NCBI RefSeq assembly: GCF_001194135.2
Contig: NC_069006.1
Span: forward strand, 4,014,423 to 4,077,051
Source: Octopus bimaculoides
Lineage: Eukaryota
Direction of reading: 5' to 3'
DNA length: 62,629 nucleotides
Shown: one piece after another, positions 39,287 through 53,022 of the stretch
Numbering within the stretch: position 1 is the stretch's first letter
How the letters are laid out: every line of letters begins with the position of its first letter
The notes under the pieces: generated by a model
The model's database searches: none
Seen by the model: the letters and a program-made list of their open reading frames with translations, nothing else
Told to the model about the DNA's origin: nothing
Program-made: the position numbers and the translations under genes

Positions 39287-42200
39287 GCTGTCTCTTGCTC
39301 TGCTTGCTTAATAATGGAAATGTGTGTGTGTGGGGGGGAAGAGTTGGATCTTTCATTGTGGATTAGAACCATGTTGTTGTTGCTGTTCTTGTTGTGTCCC
39401 CAGTGAACAAAACAAGCCGCCGCTACCGCCGCCGCCGCCACCATCTCCACTACTACCACTCTGTTTTCACAAAGTCAATATTCATTCTTCCACTCATGTT
39501 TTTTCTTCTTCTTCTTTGACTGCTCCACTCAACTCATGCTTAACATTCCTCCACTCAACTCATACTTAACATTCTTCCACTCAACTCATGCTTAACATTC
39601 CTCCACTCAACTCATGCTTAACATTCCTTCACTCAGCTCAGACACAACATTCCTCCACTCAACTTAGAAACAACAGTGTTCTGCTCATATCAGATCCAGC
39701 ATTCATTCACTCAACTCAGACGTCACATTCTTCCACACAATTCACACCAAACATTCCCCCACTCAACTCATAATTAATATTCTTCCACTCAACTTATGTG
39801 TAATATTCCTCCGCTCATCACACACATAACATTCTTTCACTCAACTCACATCTCAGCATTCCTCCACTCAACTCACACTCAATATTCCTCCACTCTACAT
39901 TCTTCCACTCAACATTCCTCCATCAACTCACACTCAACATTCCTCAACTCAACTCACACTTGACATTCCTCCACTCAGCTCACACTTGACATTCCTCCAT
40001 GCAACTCACACTCAACATTCCTCCACTCTACATTCTTCCACTCAACATTCCTTCATCAACTCACACTCAACATTCCTCAACTCAACTCACACTTGACATT
40101 CCTCCACTCAACTCACACTTGACATTCCTTCACTCAACTCACACTCAACATTCCTCCACTCAACTCAGACTTGACATTCCTCCACTCAACTTACACTTGA
40201 CATTTCTCCTTCTGATTCCTTTCTGAAATTCCTCCACACAGCTAATTTCTGATCACCCTCCACTCAGTAATTTCCTCCACTCCATCAGAGTCTCTCACAT
40301 TCCTCCATTCATTCTTCCCCCACCCACTTCAAATATTTCAATTCTGTTATTTAACTCAAAAATTTCTAAAGTTCCTCCACCACAATATGTGTGTGTGTGT
40401 GCGTGTGCGCGCAGGGTTTCTGTATGTAATGTGTGTGTGCGTGTGTGTGTGTGCGCGCGCATGTGTGTGTAGGGTTTCTGTATGTAATATGTGTGTGTGT
40501 GTGTGTGCATGTGTAGTGTGAGTCTGTGTGTGTGTGTATACATGGTGGTATGTGGGCATGGTGATGTGTGTCTACATGATGGTGTGTGTGCGCTTGTGCA
40601 GTGTTTGTCTGTGTCTGCAGGGTATATGAGTATGTAGGTGTGCGCATGCGTGGTACATGTGTGTGCATGGTGCAGTATGATTTTATATGCATTGCACGTG
40701 TGTGCGTGTTGTGTGTGCGTGCGTGTAGTGCGTGTGTGTATTATGCGCATGCGTATGTCTGCATGACTGTACGAATTAGTTTAACAGCCGAGGAGAAAAT
40801 ACACCCACAATGTGATGGACACAGTATTATATATAGCAACTGTCATATACCTATCATACACCGCCACTCACATATATGTCATACACACACGTATGTCATA
40901 GACAATGACACATACACACAATGGCTTATAAGTAGACACTCCAAATTATACATGCAGCCACACACACACACACACACATACACACACACACATATATATA
41001 TATATTTATATATAAATATATATACACACACACATGTACATATATACACACATATCTATATATGCACACAAACACAGTGATATCTATCTATCTATCTATC
41101 TATTTATATACATGTATACACACACACATGTATACACGCAGTATANNNNNNNNNNNNNNNNNNNNNNNNNNNNNNNNNNNNNNNNNNNNNNNNNNNNNNN
41201 NNNNNNNNNNNNNNNNNNNNNNNNNNNNNNNNNNNNNNNNNNNNNNNNNNNNNNNNNNNNNNNNNNNNNNNNNNNNNNNNNNNNNNNNNNNNNNNNNNNN
41301 NNNNNNNNNNNNNNNNNNNNNNNNNNNNNNNNNNNNNNNNNNNNNNNNNNNNNNNNNNNNNNNNNNNNNNNNNNNNNNNNNNNNNNNNNNNNNNNNNNNN
41401 NNNNNNNNNNNNNNNNNNNNNNNNNNNNNNNNNNNNNNNNNNNNNNNNNNNNNNNNNNNNNNNNNNNNNNNNNNNNNNNNNNNNNNNNNNNNNNNNNNNN
41501 NNNNNNNNNNNNNNNNNNNNNNNNNNNNNNNNNNNNNNNNNNNNNNNNNNNNNNNNNNNNNNNNNNNNNNNNNNNNNNNNNNNNNNNNNNNNNNNNNNNN
41601 NNNNNNNNNNNNNNNNNNNNNNNNNNNNNNNNNNNNNNNNNNNNNNNNNNNNNNNNNNNNNNNNNNNNNNNNNNNNNNNNNNNNNNNNNNNNNNNNNNNN
41701 NNNNNNNNNNNNNNNNNNNNNNNNNNNNNNNNNNNNNNNNNNNNNNNNNNNNNNNNNNNNNNNNNNNNNNNNNNNNNNNNNNNNNNNNNNNNNNNNNNNN
41801 NNNNNNNNNNNNNNNNNNNNNNNNNNNNNNNNNNNNNNNNNNNNNNNNNNNNNNNNNNNNNNNNNNNNNNNNNNNNNNNNNNNNNNNNNNTATGGTGGTT
41901 GTCTACTCCTTAAACAGAGTTTGACCACCTCCTGCACCTACACCTTAGCCCTTTCATGGCGTCTGATGTGGCTTTTTAAACCAGACAGTGTTTTGAAAAA
42001 ACACCCACACAGATTGCACCTCTGATTTGCACTACCAATACCTGCAAGTAAGTTCTGCTCATTGTGGATCCTAGCATGTCTTTTAAGACCCCCATTGGAT
42101 TTGCAAACCCTCTGGCACACACCACATTCATATATATATATGTATATATATATGTATTTACATCACATACGTATAAATACATATACACACACATATAGAT

Positions 42201-43329
42201 ATATATAATATGTACTACATTCACAGACGCATGTACCCAGTCACATCGCCATATGCATTTTGTATATATGTATATATGTATCTATGTGTGTGTGTGTATA
42301 GATATAGATATATGTTTGCTCACACACGCATACATATATAAAATAGATGTCTATACAGTGAAATACTTAAAACCTAGGTAATGTTATGTGATTTTTGGCC
42401 TCTTGTGCATGTGTGATTAACCTTTACATTGTTCTCGTTGAATATTTTTGAAGTATATATCATCGGTTTGAGCTGTTTCGTGATTGTTGTTTAGATATTT
42501 GTTTTATGCTATATTGGTCGCTACATTTATAATAAAAGTGGATTAAACCAGATATTCCTCTTTCGGTTTCTAGTAGGTATTTTGGTTAGTTTCTGTGGCT
42601 TTAGGTAAGAATTTAAATTTTTCTTTATATCCGCTCAATTTTATGATTTCTTTGGAAAATGTTTTGATAAGGGTATTGTGAAAATTCTCTGGATTATTTC
42701 ACTAAGTTCTTTATTATAACAAGATAGGTTTCTAAATTAATTTTTGGATATATCGAGGAACTTCAATTTTCTGCTAGAACAGAACAGTATTGTCTTGTGT
42801 GTTGAGTTTAGTGTTATGCCTTTGAAATATACAATGTTATTTTGGATTTCATAATTATTTTGACGTTGAACCACTTGGAACCATTATCTTTTACAAAACG
42901 TGTTCTATTCACATTCATCCATGTTTTATGAAATTGCTTGCCTATCGTCTCTGTAAAACCGTATCTGTTAGTGGCTGAATATTATACCTAATTTTCCTAG
43001 AACGTATTATTCAACTAGTTCACATATCCTCGTTCTGTCATAGCTCTCTATGCGTACGTCGAAATACCGTTCGTTTATTTTCCTTTATCGTAGAATAAAA
43101 ATGTGTTCCCCGAGGACATTATCAAGCATCATCGATGATGAGTGAATCTTTTTCAAATTCCAGCACTTGGTAGAGGAAAAGATGGTCATACAAACTCACA
43201 ATCTGTGTGTTCACACTTCAAATATTTTCCCAACTCAAGCTGAATTGCCAGAGGTACGTTATCTGAATGATAGGTGACACTAGAACGAGTGCAAAAAAGA
43301 GGTGGAGTGGGTGAGTGAAAGAGATAGAT

Positions 43330-43380
<51 letters not shown>

Positions 43381-44522
43381 GAGAAAGAGAGGAGAGAGAC
43401 AGAATGAGTTTCGACTGTATACCGGAAGTGTTGCCATGATTTCTGGAACGTGATGCTGTCACATTTTATAATATGGTAAAAATCTAGTTGTTCTTAAGTT
43501 GAATGATTTAGTTAGTTGCTGCACCTAGTTACAGCTGAGTAGCAAACAGCAAGAACAAGAACAACAACCACAACAAGAACAACGACAACACGAACAGCAT
43601 GCACAAAGACAACTGATGATCAAAGGAGACGATGTATTTCGTCACGTGGGAGGTAGGCAGTGGGAAGGAAAACAGGAAGAAGAGAAGGGAAATAGGCAGA
43701 CTGGAGGCGAAAGGAAGGAAGGAAGGAAGAAGAAGAAAGAGAAAGAAAAGTTATGATGAAAACAACGACGACAATGCTGTTGCTGCTTATGTCGACGACG
43801 ACGATGATGATGATGATAATTTAAGCACAAGATCGACAGTTTTCAGGGGAAAGGGTTTCACGATACCATCGTCCCCGTCACGTGACTACTACTTTATTTT
43901 ATTGATGTGAAAAGGTGAAAGCCGTAGTTGACCTCGGCGGGATTTGAACTCAGAACATAAAGAACCAGAAGGTCGCTANNNNNNNNNNGATCCCCCCCCC
44001 CCGCCTTCTTCACCAGTGATTTATTCGAAATTTATTTCATCCACTTTGGAAAGGTGAAAGGTAAAGTTGAACCTCGGCGTGTCCAACGCTTTTATGATTC
44101 TGCTAATCCGCTGCCCTTAATATGACGGTGAGGATCACGATCATCATCATCATCATCATCATCAGTAGCAGCAGCACCAACACCACCACCGCCACCACCA
44201 TCATCATCATCGTCGTCAGCATCATTACCACCACCGCCGCCGCCATCATCATCATCTCAACAGCAATAATAATCCTTTCAACAATAGGCACAAGGCCTGA
44301 AGTTTTGGGGGAGGGGATTAGTCGATTACATCGAACCCCCGAGTTTCACTGGTACTTAATTTATTGACCCTGAAATGATGAAAGGCACAGTCGACCTCGC
44401 CGGAATTTGAACTCAGAAGGTAGCGACGGGCGAAATACCGCCAAGCATTTCGTCCAGCGTTCTAACGACTCTGCCTTAACAACAACAACAATAATAATGA
44501 GAAAAGGAAGAATGTGTAAGAA

Positions 44523-44568
<46 letters not shown>

Positions 44569-46507
44569 NNNNNNNNNNNNNNNNNNNNNNNNNNNNNNNN
44601 NNNNNNNNNNNNNNNNNNNNNNNNNNNNNNNNNNNNNNNNNNNNNNNNNNNNNNNNNNNNNNNNNNNNNNNNNNNNNNNNNNNNNNNNNNNNNNNNNNNN
44701 NNNNNNNNNNNNNNNNNNNNNNNNNNNNNNNNNNNNNNNNNNNNNNNNNNNNNNNNNNNNNNNNNNNNNNNNNNNNNNNNNNNNNNNNNNNNNNNNNNNN
44801 NNNNNNNNNNNNNNNNNNNNNNNNNNNNNNNNNNNNNNNNNNNNNNNNNNNNNNNNNNNNNNNNNNNNNNNNNNNNNNNNNNNNNNNNNNNNNNNNNNNN
44901 NNNNNNNNNNNNNNNNNNNNNNNNNNNNNNNNNNNNNNNNNNNNNNNNNNNNNNNNNNNNNNNNNNNNNNNNNNNNNNNNNNNNNNNNNNNNNCATCTCT
45001 GTACAGATATTTGGTAACGAAAAGAATTTTTGGTCTGTTGCTCCTTGATAGACATTAAACATCAGTTATGCCTTTTCTTTTTGATATTTATTTTAGTTTA
45101 TTGTTTATTTTACATATACTTTGCTATTTTTATCCAATTTATTCATCTTTTTTTTTTTAATGGCAAAAATGCTGTGTGAAAATGAAAGCCGATCTTTTCT
45201 GTTTCTTCCTGTATATCAAACTCGTTTTGTTTCCGTTAAGTAAGAGTTCTCTTAACACCTTTCGTATACAAATAGTGTTTCGACCTAATTTGGCTTCCTG
45301 AGAGACAAATACTCTCGACATTCGTCACTGAGGAGAGCAAATAATTTCAAAACAACATGTCTCGCAATCCACCGAAGTTCTGAGTGAAACCTTGTGTCTT
45401 TCTATGATGTTTCTTAGGCAAAATTTTACACCTACTGACGATCTATGTTTGTATACACTTCATAATTATTATAAATGCTGGTATTCTAAGCTAAGGCTAT
45501 TTCGAGGACCTTTTACCCTTTACTTGTTTCAGTCATTGAACTGCAGCCATGCTGGAGCACTGTTTTGAAGGGTTTTTAGCCGAATAGATCGATTCCTGTC
45601 CCTTTCTTGTGGTACTTGCTCGATCGTTCTTTTTGTCGAAACTAACACCGAATGTCAAGGCATTGTGGGGATGGTGGCACACACACAGACTTGTACACGC
45701 ACGCACATACGAGCTTCTATACTGTTTCCGTCTGTCAAACTCACAAGACATTCGGTAAGACTGGAGCTATAGCAGAAAACACTTGCCTAAGGAGCTGCGC
45801 CGTGGGACTGAACCCGAAATCGTGTAGCTGCAAATCGAGCTCCCTAATCCCACAACTACGTGTACTAATTCAATCTGAACGTGTACTAATTCAATCTTTC
45901 ATCATAGCAGCCAGTGATTGGGAATTGAGACGACAAAGTGTTGCTGTCTTGGCTCAAATGCTGTGTATTTGCATTTAATTACAATGTTTAGGGCTGGGTT
46001 CATAGGCGCAAACAAGGCTGTGTGGTTAAGAAGCTTGATTTGCGACCACGTAGTTTCGGGTTCACTTCCCACTGCGTGACACATTGGGCAAGCGTCTTTT
46101 ACTATACTGACATTCGATTAAAATGTCTTACGGTTAAGCTGGTCCCTATGTATTTCCCTGAAGAGAAGATTACATCCTTATCAACATCACCTATTCCTTT
46201 GGAAGGTACAATTTGTAATCTTCGAAACATATGTTGGAAATAAAAGAATTCATTTAACATATGCGTTTTACTCCATTTACTAAATTTGTATATTTACTCA
46301 AATACCCAAAATAACAAGGAGTTTCTACCTCATAAACAGGAGNNNNNNNNNNNNNNNNNNNNNNNNNNNNNNNNNNNNNNNNNNNNNNNNNNNNNNNNNN
46401 NNNNNNNNNNNNNNNNNNNNNNNNNNNNNNNNNNNNNNNNNNNNNNNNNNNNNNNNNNNNNNNNNNNNNNNNNNNNNNNNNATTATTAACTTAGAGAAAA
46501 TAAATAC

Positions 46508-46540
<33 letters not shown>

Positions 46541-46623
46541 ATATAATATAAATAATATATAAATATATGCATATATCCATACATATATGTACATACCTAC
46601 ACCTATATGTGTATATGAATATG

Positions 46624-46688
<65 letters not shown>

Positions 46689-48584
46689 TACATATAAATG
46701 TGTATGCACACACACACACACGAGAAATTAAGATAACGCACGCGTTAATATATTATTAGTTCCTACATACGTTTTACCATTATGTTTGCTTGCAATCCTG
46801 CATTGGATGTTCCAAGTGCTTATGGATGCTTAACAAGAACGAATAATCAGAGAACATTTTACTGCATAAACTATAGAGAACTAATGCCCTATATATAATA
46901 TCCATATGTGATGTGTGTGAATGTGTGTTGTTGTGCCATTGTTTGTCAGCCTACCCCATCACTGCTTTACAACTGGTGCTGGTTTGTTTAGGTCCCGCCA
47001 TCCTCGCGGTTCGACATAAGTACTAGACTTTAAACAAAATAGAATTGGGATAAATTTCTTCGACTAAAACTCTCTAAGGCAGCGCTTCAGCAAGGCTGCA
47101 ATCCAATGACTGACGGAAGATAAAAAGATAAAAATATAACAATAAAAGATTTCCTATTCATACAGTACAGAAGTTTGGTACTACTAAAGAAGCACGGTCC
47201 CGAGCGCACGGTCGCGCAGTCGTGCGTCCGCGCTAGCTAGTCGTGAGTGGTCGATCCTAGCCCTGACCCTGTCACTAACCCTAACCCTAACCCTGTCCCT
47301 AACCCTAACCCTATCCCTAACCCGCGTGTGCAAATGAATACGTGTTTAGGGTTAGGGTTAGGGTTGCGGATAGGGTTGGGGTTAGGATCGACCACTCAAG
47401 ACTAGCTGGCGCGGACACGCGGCTGCGCGTTCGGGACCGTGCTGCTTTAGTAGTACCCAGAAGTTTTATATTAAAATCACTTCGTGTGTTGCAGTTGAAA
47501 GTTTTATTCAATGTGTACATTTGACAAAAATTTATACAAGAAGATATCAGCAAAGATGGCTTCGTATAGGAAACAAAGTTAGCAAGCTACCTTGCTACTT
47601 ACCACTAGATGGCAACTGTGCATCACACAACTAACGTCATTATTCTACCTAACTGTTGTCTCAGGTTTACTTCAGTCAGAAATATACAAAAAACACAAAC
47701 AGCGAAGAAAAAGATAAAAACACCTACACAAATCCCAAAAATAAAGGGGAAAAAATGGAGAAAAATAAACGCTATGCATTTGATGTTTTCTCCTTCGTTC
47801 TCTCTCTGTCTCTCTTTCTCATCGAACTGCAGAAGATATTTCGCTTCAAAATGGAGGAGAAATAATGGAGATTTTTTTTTCATTTTAGTTTTTAATTTTG
47901 TCTTTTATTTTCTTTCGTTTTCTACTTGCTCTCTCTCAGTTCTAACATTTTCGTTTCTGAGGTGGAATACATTCGAAATGAAAGCGGAAAAAGAAAAGCG
48001 AGGGAAAATATGAGAGAGAAAGAGTATGGGGTATTAGGAGAAATAGATAGATAGAAAGATAGATGAATGGATGGATGGATAGATAGATAGAGATAGGTAG
48101 AGAGAGAGAGAGAGAGGGAGAGAGAGAGAGAGAGAGAGAATGGGGAAAAGAAAAATAATGGAAGAAACAGAAAACAATAAAAGGGGAATAAAGAAAGAAA
48201 GGAAGAAAACAAGAAAGCGAACAGAAAAGAAAATACGAATAGAAAACAAACTAATACTTTCCGAGCAGAATTTATGCTAAATATAAAGTCAGACGCGAAA
48301 AGTTCCATTGAAGCTGTGATATATAATGGCGTCTTTTACAAGACTTCGATCGATAATGGCCGACACATTTACATGCTAATGCAAATATGCAGATATTGAT
48401 GAATTCTGTTCAGATCTATAAAGGACAAGACTCTCAATAATAAAGCTGTGAATGCATTTCGTTTGCTATTGATGTTCATGTTTTTTCTTTTCCTTTTCTT
48501 TTTATATTATTATTCTCTCTCTAGATTTATCGTTCACTTTTTTTTTTTACCTATCTTCGTCCTTCCGTATCTCTCTCTCTCTCT

Positions 48585-48654
<70 letters not shown>

Positions 48655-48989
48655 GTCTGTCTATCTGTCTGTCTGTCTGCTTCACTATATTTCTCTCTCT
48701 ATTATACTACGTTCTTTAAATGGGTTTCCACCATCTTTCCAGAGATATATTTCCTGGATATTTCAGTTCATGATTTTCGTAAATAACTCTTATTTTTTGC
48801 TGAAAGCTTTTCCTCAAATGCGAGAATGTGAGCTTGGTTTCCGCTGTACGTTCACAGCATTTTACTCACTTGTGGGGGGAAAAAACCCCAACAAAACACA
48901 CACACACACAAACTAACATAGAAAATATCGAATTTGCTTTTCAGCCATCCAGCGTCAATAAAAATACCAGTAATCTGCGGTGTGTTAAA

Positions 48990-49039
<50 letters not shown>

Positions 49040-49063
49040 TACATAAATGTATATATGCATTGC

Positions 49064-49103
<40 letters not shown>

Positions 49104-49115
49104 CANNNNNNNNNN

Positions 49116-49147
<32 letters not shown>

Positions 49148-49358
49148 CAAATAATAAATGAGTATATGCATATATACGTACCTGTATGTACATACCTACA
49201 TCTACCTGTATATATAGATGCATATCTGGGTACAGGACGTTGCAAAAAAACGTAGAATATATATATACATATGCAATGCATATATACGTTTATGCATGTG
49301 TGTGTATATACTCATATATACCATATATGCACACATATAAAATGTATATTTATATCTC

Positions 49359-49399
<41 letters not shown>

Positions 49400-52300
49400 C
49401 TTGTACATATGTATGTACGTATATAAACAAGAAGACTGACAGATAGAGACAGCAACGACCACACACACATACCTCTACAAAAGAGTGACTTAATCAAAAA
49501 GATTAAACATTTCCCAGAGTGCACCGAACATTTCTGGTTGGGTGGGCTCTTGCAATTCCTCCCTTATTTACTTAAATATGCTAATGACTTCCATTATACT
49601 GCTGTTTCTCTCTTTCGATATATGTTATAACCTTTTGTTGCGGATCCCTGTTATCTAAAGTGCGTGACATATAGGGGACAAAACATCGACTGATCACTAG
49701 CACATAACTTCACTTCCAATACCGCCATCACCATCATCACTACCAGAATCAGCACCACTGACGCTTCAACCATTTCAGTCCCCCCCCCCCATAAATTATA
49801 GCCTTTGCTACATCGCAAAGTCCTTCCTTTCCGCCGCCGCCGCCTCAGCTTCCTCCACCGCCACCGACGTCTGCCACCACTAACATCGTCATCCTACGCT
49901 TCCTCATCGTCGTCGTCATCATCATCATCATCGGTGTCGTCGTCATCGTCGACGTCGCCATTATTATCATCATTTTCATCATCATCATCATCGTCATCAT
50001 CCACAACATTGTTGCCGTAGTCGTTATTATCAACATCACATTCATCGTCCAACCAACAGCCACATCACCAAATTGATATATCTGAACACTCTCTAGTTGT
50101 GAGGGATATTTCGGTGGTCTCCCAGTTGAATCTCAAATTACTATTTTCACACAACGACAATCATTCATTCAGGTTTACGGAACATTTTTTTTTTCATCAA
50201 ATATTTACAAAACGTTACCAGAGCAAAGACAAGTGAGCGGATCCTAGATCTGGTAGTCAATCGATGTATATTCAGATGATGATGATGATGATGTTAATGG
50301 CGGTGTTATTATGTGTTTACATTTATGCTCTCCCCCACCTGATCTAAGCCCAATGGAGACATTCCATTCCGTTCCATCTTCCTCGCAATACTTTTCGTCA
50401 TAACCGTAGCAACACTGTCCCGTAATCCCCAGCCCCTTTGTACGATCTGTGGACTGCTTTGCAGATCCTTAGCGGAATTGAAATGTCAAACCCGGCTTAA
50501 ACAATCAAGCTGAATAAACTGAGTAGGTTGTTGGATCCTCTCGTACGTCGGAACCGACGACAGAGTCCGCCATCAGCCATCATATACATACATACGTACG
50601 TACATACATACATACATACATACATACATGCAGATAGATAGGCATATAAATATGTGTGTGTGTGTGTGTGTGTGTAATAGAAATAGGTTTCAAAGAAAAA
50701 AGAGAAAATGCTCATTGGATATAAAAAATAAAGGCTTTTTTATGAAACGTAAAGATATGTATATATATATATATATATATATNNNNNNNNNNNNNNNNNN
50801 NNNNNNNNNNNNNNNNNNNNNNNNNNNNNNNNNNNNNNNNNNNNNNNNNNNNNNNNNNNNNNNNNNNNNNNNNNNNNNNNNNNNNNNNNNNNNNNNNNNN
50901 NNNNNNNNNNNNNNNNNNNNNNNNNNNNNNNNNNNNNNNNNNNNNNNNNNNNNNNNNNNNNNNNNNNNNNNNNNNNNNNNNNNNNNNNNNNNNNNNNNNN
51001 NNNNNNNNNNNNNNNNNNNNNNNNNNNNNNNNNNNNNNNNNNNNNNNNNNNNNNNNNNNNNNNNNNNNNNNNNNNNNNNNNNNNNNNNNNNNNNNNNNNN
51101 NNNNNNNNNNNNNNNNNNNNNNNNNNNNNNNNNNNNNNNNNNNNNNNNNNNAGTGCAAACACGCGAACTACTTCGTCCCTACTTTCAAGTTCGTGCCTCA
51201 CAGCGTTCATACACACATAATTTTTCTCGTCTGGCCGTAAAGCCTTTTCTCTTTGTTTTCCTGTCTTGTTTTTTGTCCGCCACTACATTCCTCCATGGCA
51301 AGATTTAATTTGTGTATACAAATTTAATTTGCTGTCCATGGGAAGAGCCGTTTTAACGACGGGCTTATTTCAGTTTCCGTCTACCAAATCCGCTCATAAG
51401 GCTTTGGTCGGCCCGAGGCTATAGCAGAAGACACTTGTCCAAGTTGCCACGCAGTGGGACTGGACCCAGAACCATGTGGTTGGTAAGCCACTCCTGAGCC
51501 TACATGATAATATATCAATATAATATATAAAAATTATAACAGGAGTTTTTTCGACATCGCATGGCTATGAGAGACCTCGCTCTTGAGGAAAAGAGAAATC
51601 AAAGGGGTTAATAGATAAAAAACAGTTGAGAACTACTGAGAAGTTTTTGCCTTTCTTCTTCAGTCCTAATCCTCTAACACAACAACCTTCGTTTAGAGAA
51701 CTTTCATCCCACCAAATCATCCCTCAACTTCAATTCGGGCCCCAAATGTCTCACTCTTTTACAAAGAACCAGAGCGACGAATCGTGATATTCTGCAATCC
51801 TAATGGATAAATAAACGTTATCAATCCAACTGAAATCTGAAATGACTAATCTAGTATTTTCGGACACAGATCAACGCCACTTCTCTTGGATTGCAGATAT
51901 TACTGCATTTTAACGTGTATAAGGAACCCCCTAATTTTAGGGTCTTAAAATTTGGAAAAAAAGGTTTTGTAAGGGATTATAATACTATCCATGTATAAGA
52001 AACTCCCATGTTTTTTAACCTAATTTTTGACAAAAAAGGGTTCCTTATACATGTTAAAATTTGGTACTCTATTTTAACATTATGTTAATGATATCTATCT
52101 GTCGGTCTCTATCAATCATTCAATCTCTCTCTAAATGTCTGTCTGTCTCTGTCTCCCCCTCTCTCCCTTTTTCTTTCTCTTATATTTAGATGTCTGTCTG
52201 TCTCCCTCTCTCTCTTATATATATAGATATTTGCATGTTTGATTGTGTGTGCGTGTGTTTGTGTTTGTGTGTCTCATGTGGATTTTTACTTGTGTGCAGG

Positions 52301-52944
52301 AACATAAACAGTTAACTATCAAGCGAGTGTGTATGTGTTTAATTTTTGTAATGGGAACTCACCAAAGAAGCTGGGCTGGTTTATTTATGTTACAAGAGGA
52401 AGGAAATGACAACGAAATCCAGCAGTGAGTTTATCTCTGATTAAGCAGACGACCGCCCGGCTAACTTCCCGTTAAATAAGGATATAACGTTCATTTGACC
52501 TTTGCTGTCAAGTAGAATTCCCTCCACTTTTCGCTTGTCTGTTCGGCGGGAATCAATTACCGGAAACGAGAGCCGTTACTGAGCTGTAGAAATGCCGATG
52601 ATATAAGGGACCTATATCTAACTTCATTCTTATCGTGTTTATCTGATTTATCAGATGTAAACAAGTAACACGTCTTTTTGTCTTTCCATATGTGAACATC
52701 GTCTATCTGACACATCTGTCTGTCAGAGTAGTTTTGCCTCAGTGAGTATTCATGTGAAATAAGTATATATAGGTCGCGGTCTCAAAGCGACGAAAACATT
52801 AATTAAATTTAAATGTTGAAGTGAATCTAACGGTTTTTGTGTGTTTCTTAAATAGCTTATAAACACCTTCCACGCTGCAGTTATTTTCGTTCGAGCACAC
52901 GATCTCAGATCAGGTCACTTGCTATGCAAGTACATCTCCGTAAT

Positions 52945-53022
<78 letters not shown>

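Noticed and set aside
39520-40320. CRISPR array (also considered for 4222-4333)
   Set aside because: Units are contiguous and degenerate with no unique spacers, the context is eukaryotic, and there are no cas genes.
41938-42129. Host C2H2 zinc-finger gene exon
   Set aside because: No TGEKP linkers, no acceptor, truncated by (TA)n, and architecture typical of a LINE ORF2 terminus. It is not fully excluded.
43164-43253. 90-nt open cassette with AG/GT boundaries ([10 protein letters not shown]...)
   Set aside because: It is antisense to the decayed Penelope RT region, so the splice-like sites are most likely chance.
45270-45365. Two further hammerhead-like fragments in opposite orientations
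   Set aside because: Each has core substitutions and poor stems; not distinguishable from chance.
47270-47390. True telomere or chromosome-fusion scar
   Set aside because: The repeats are short, lie inside TIRs with a TSD, and have CCCTAA...TTAGGG polarity, opposite to the TTAGGG...CCCTAA of an end-to-end fusion.
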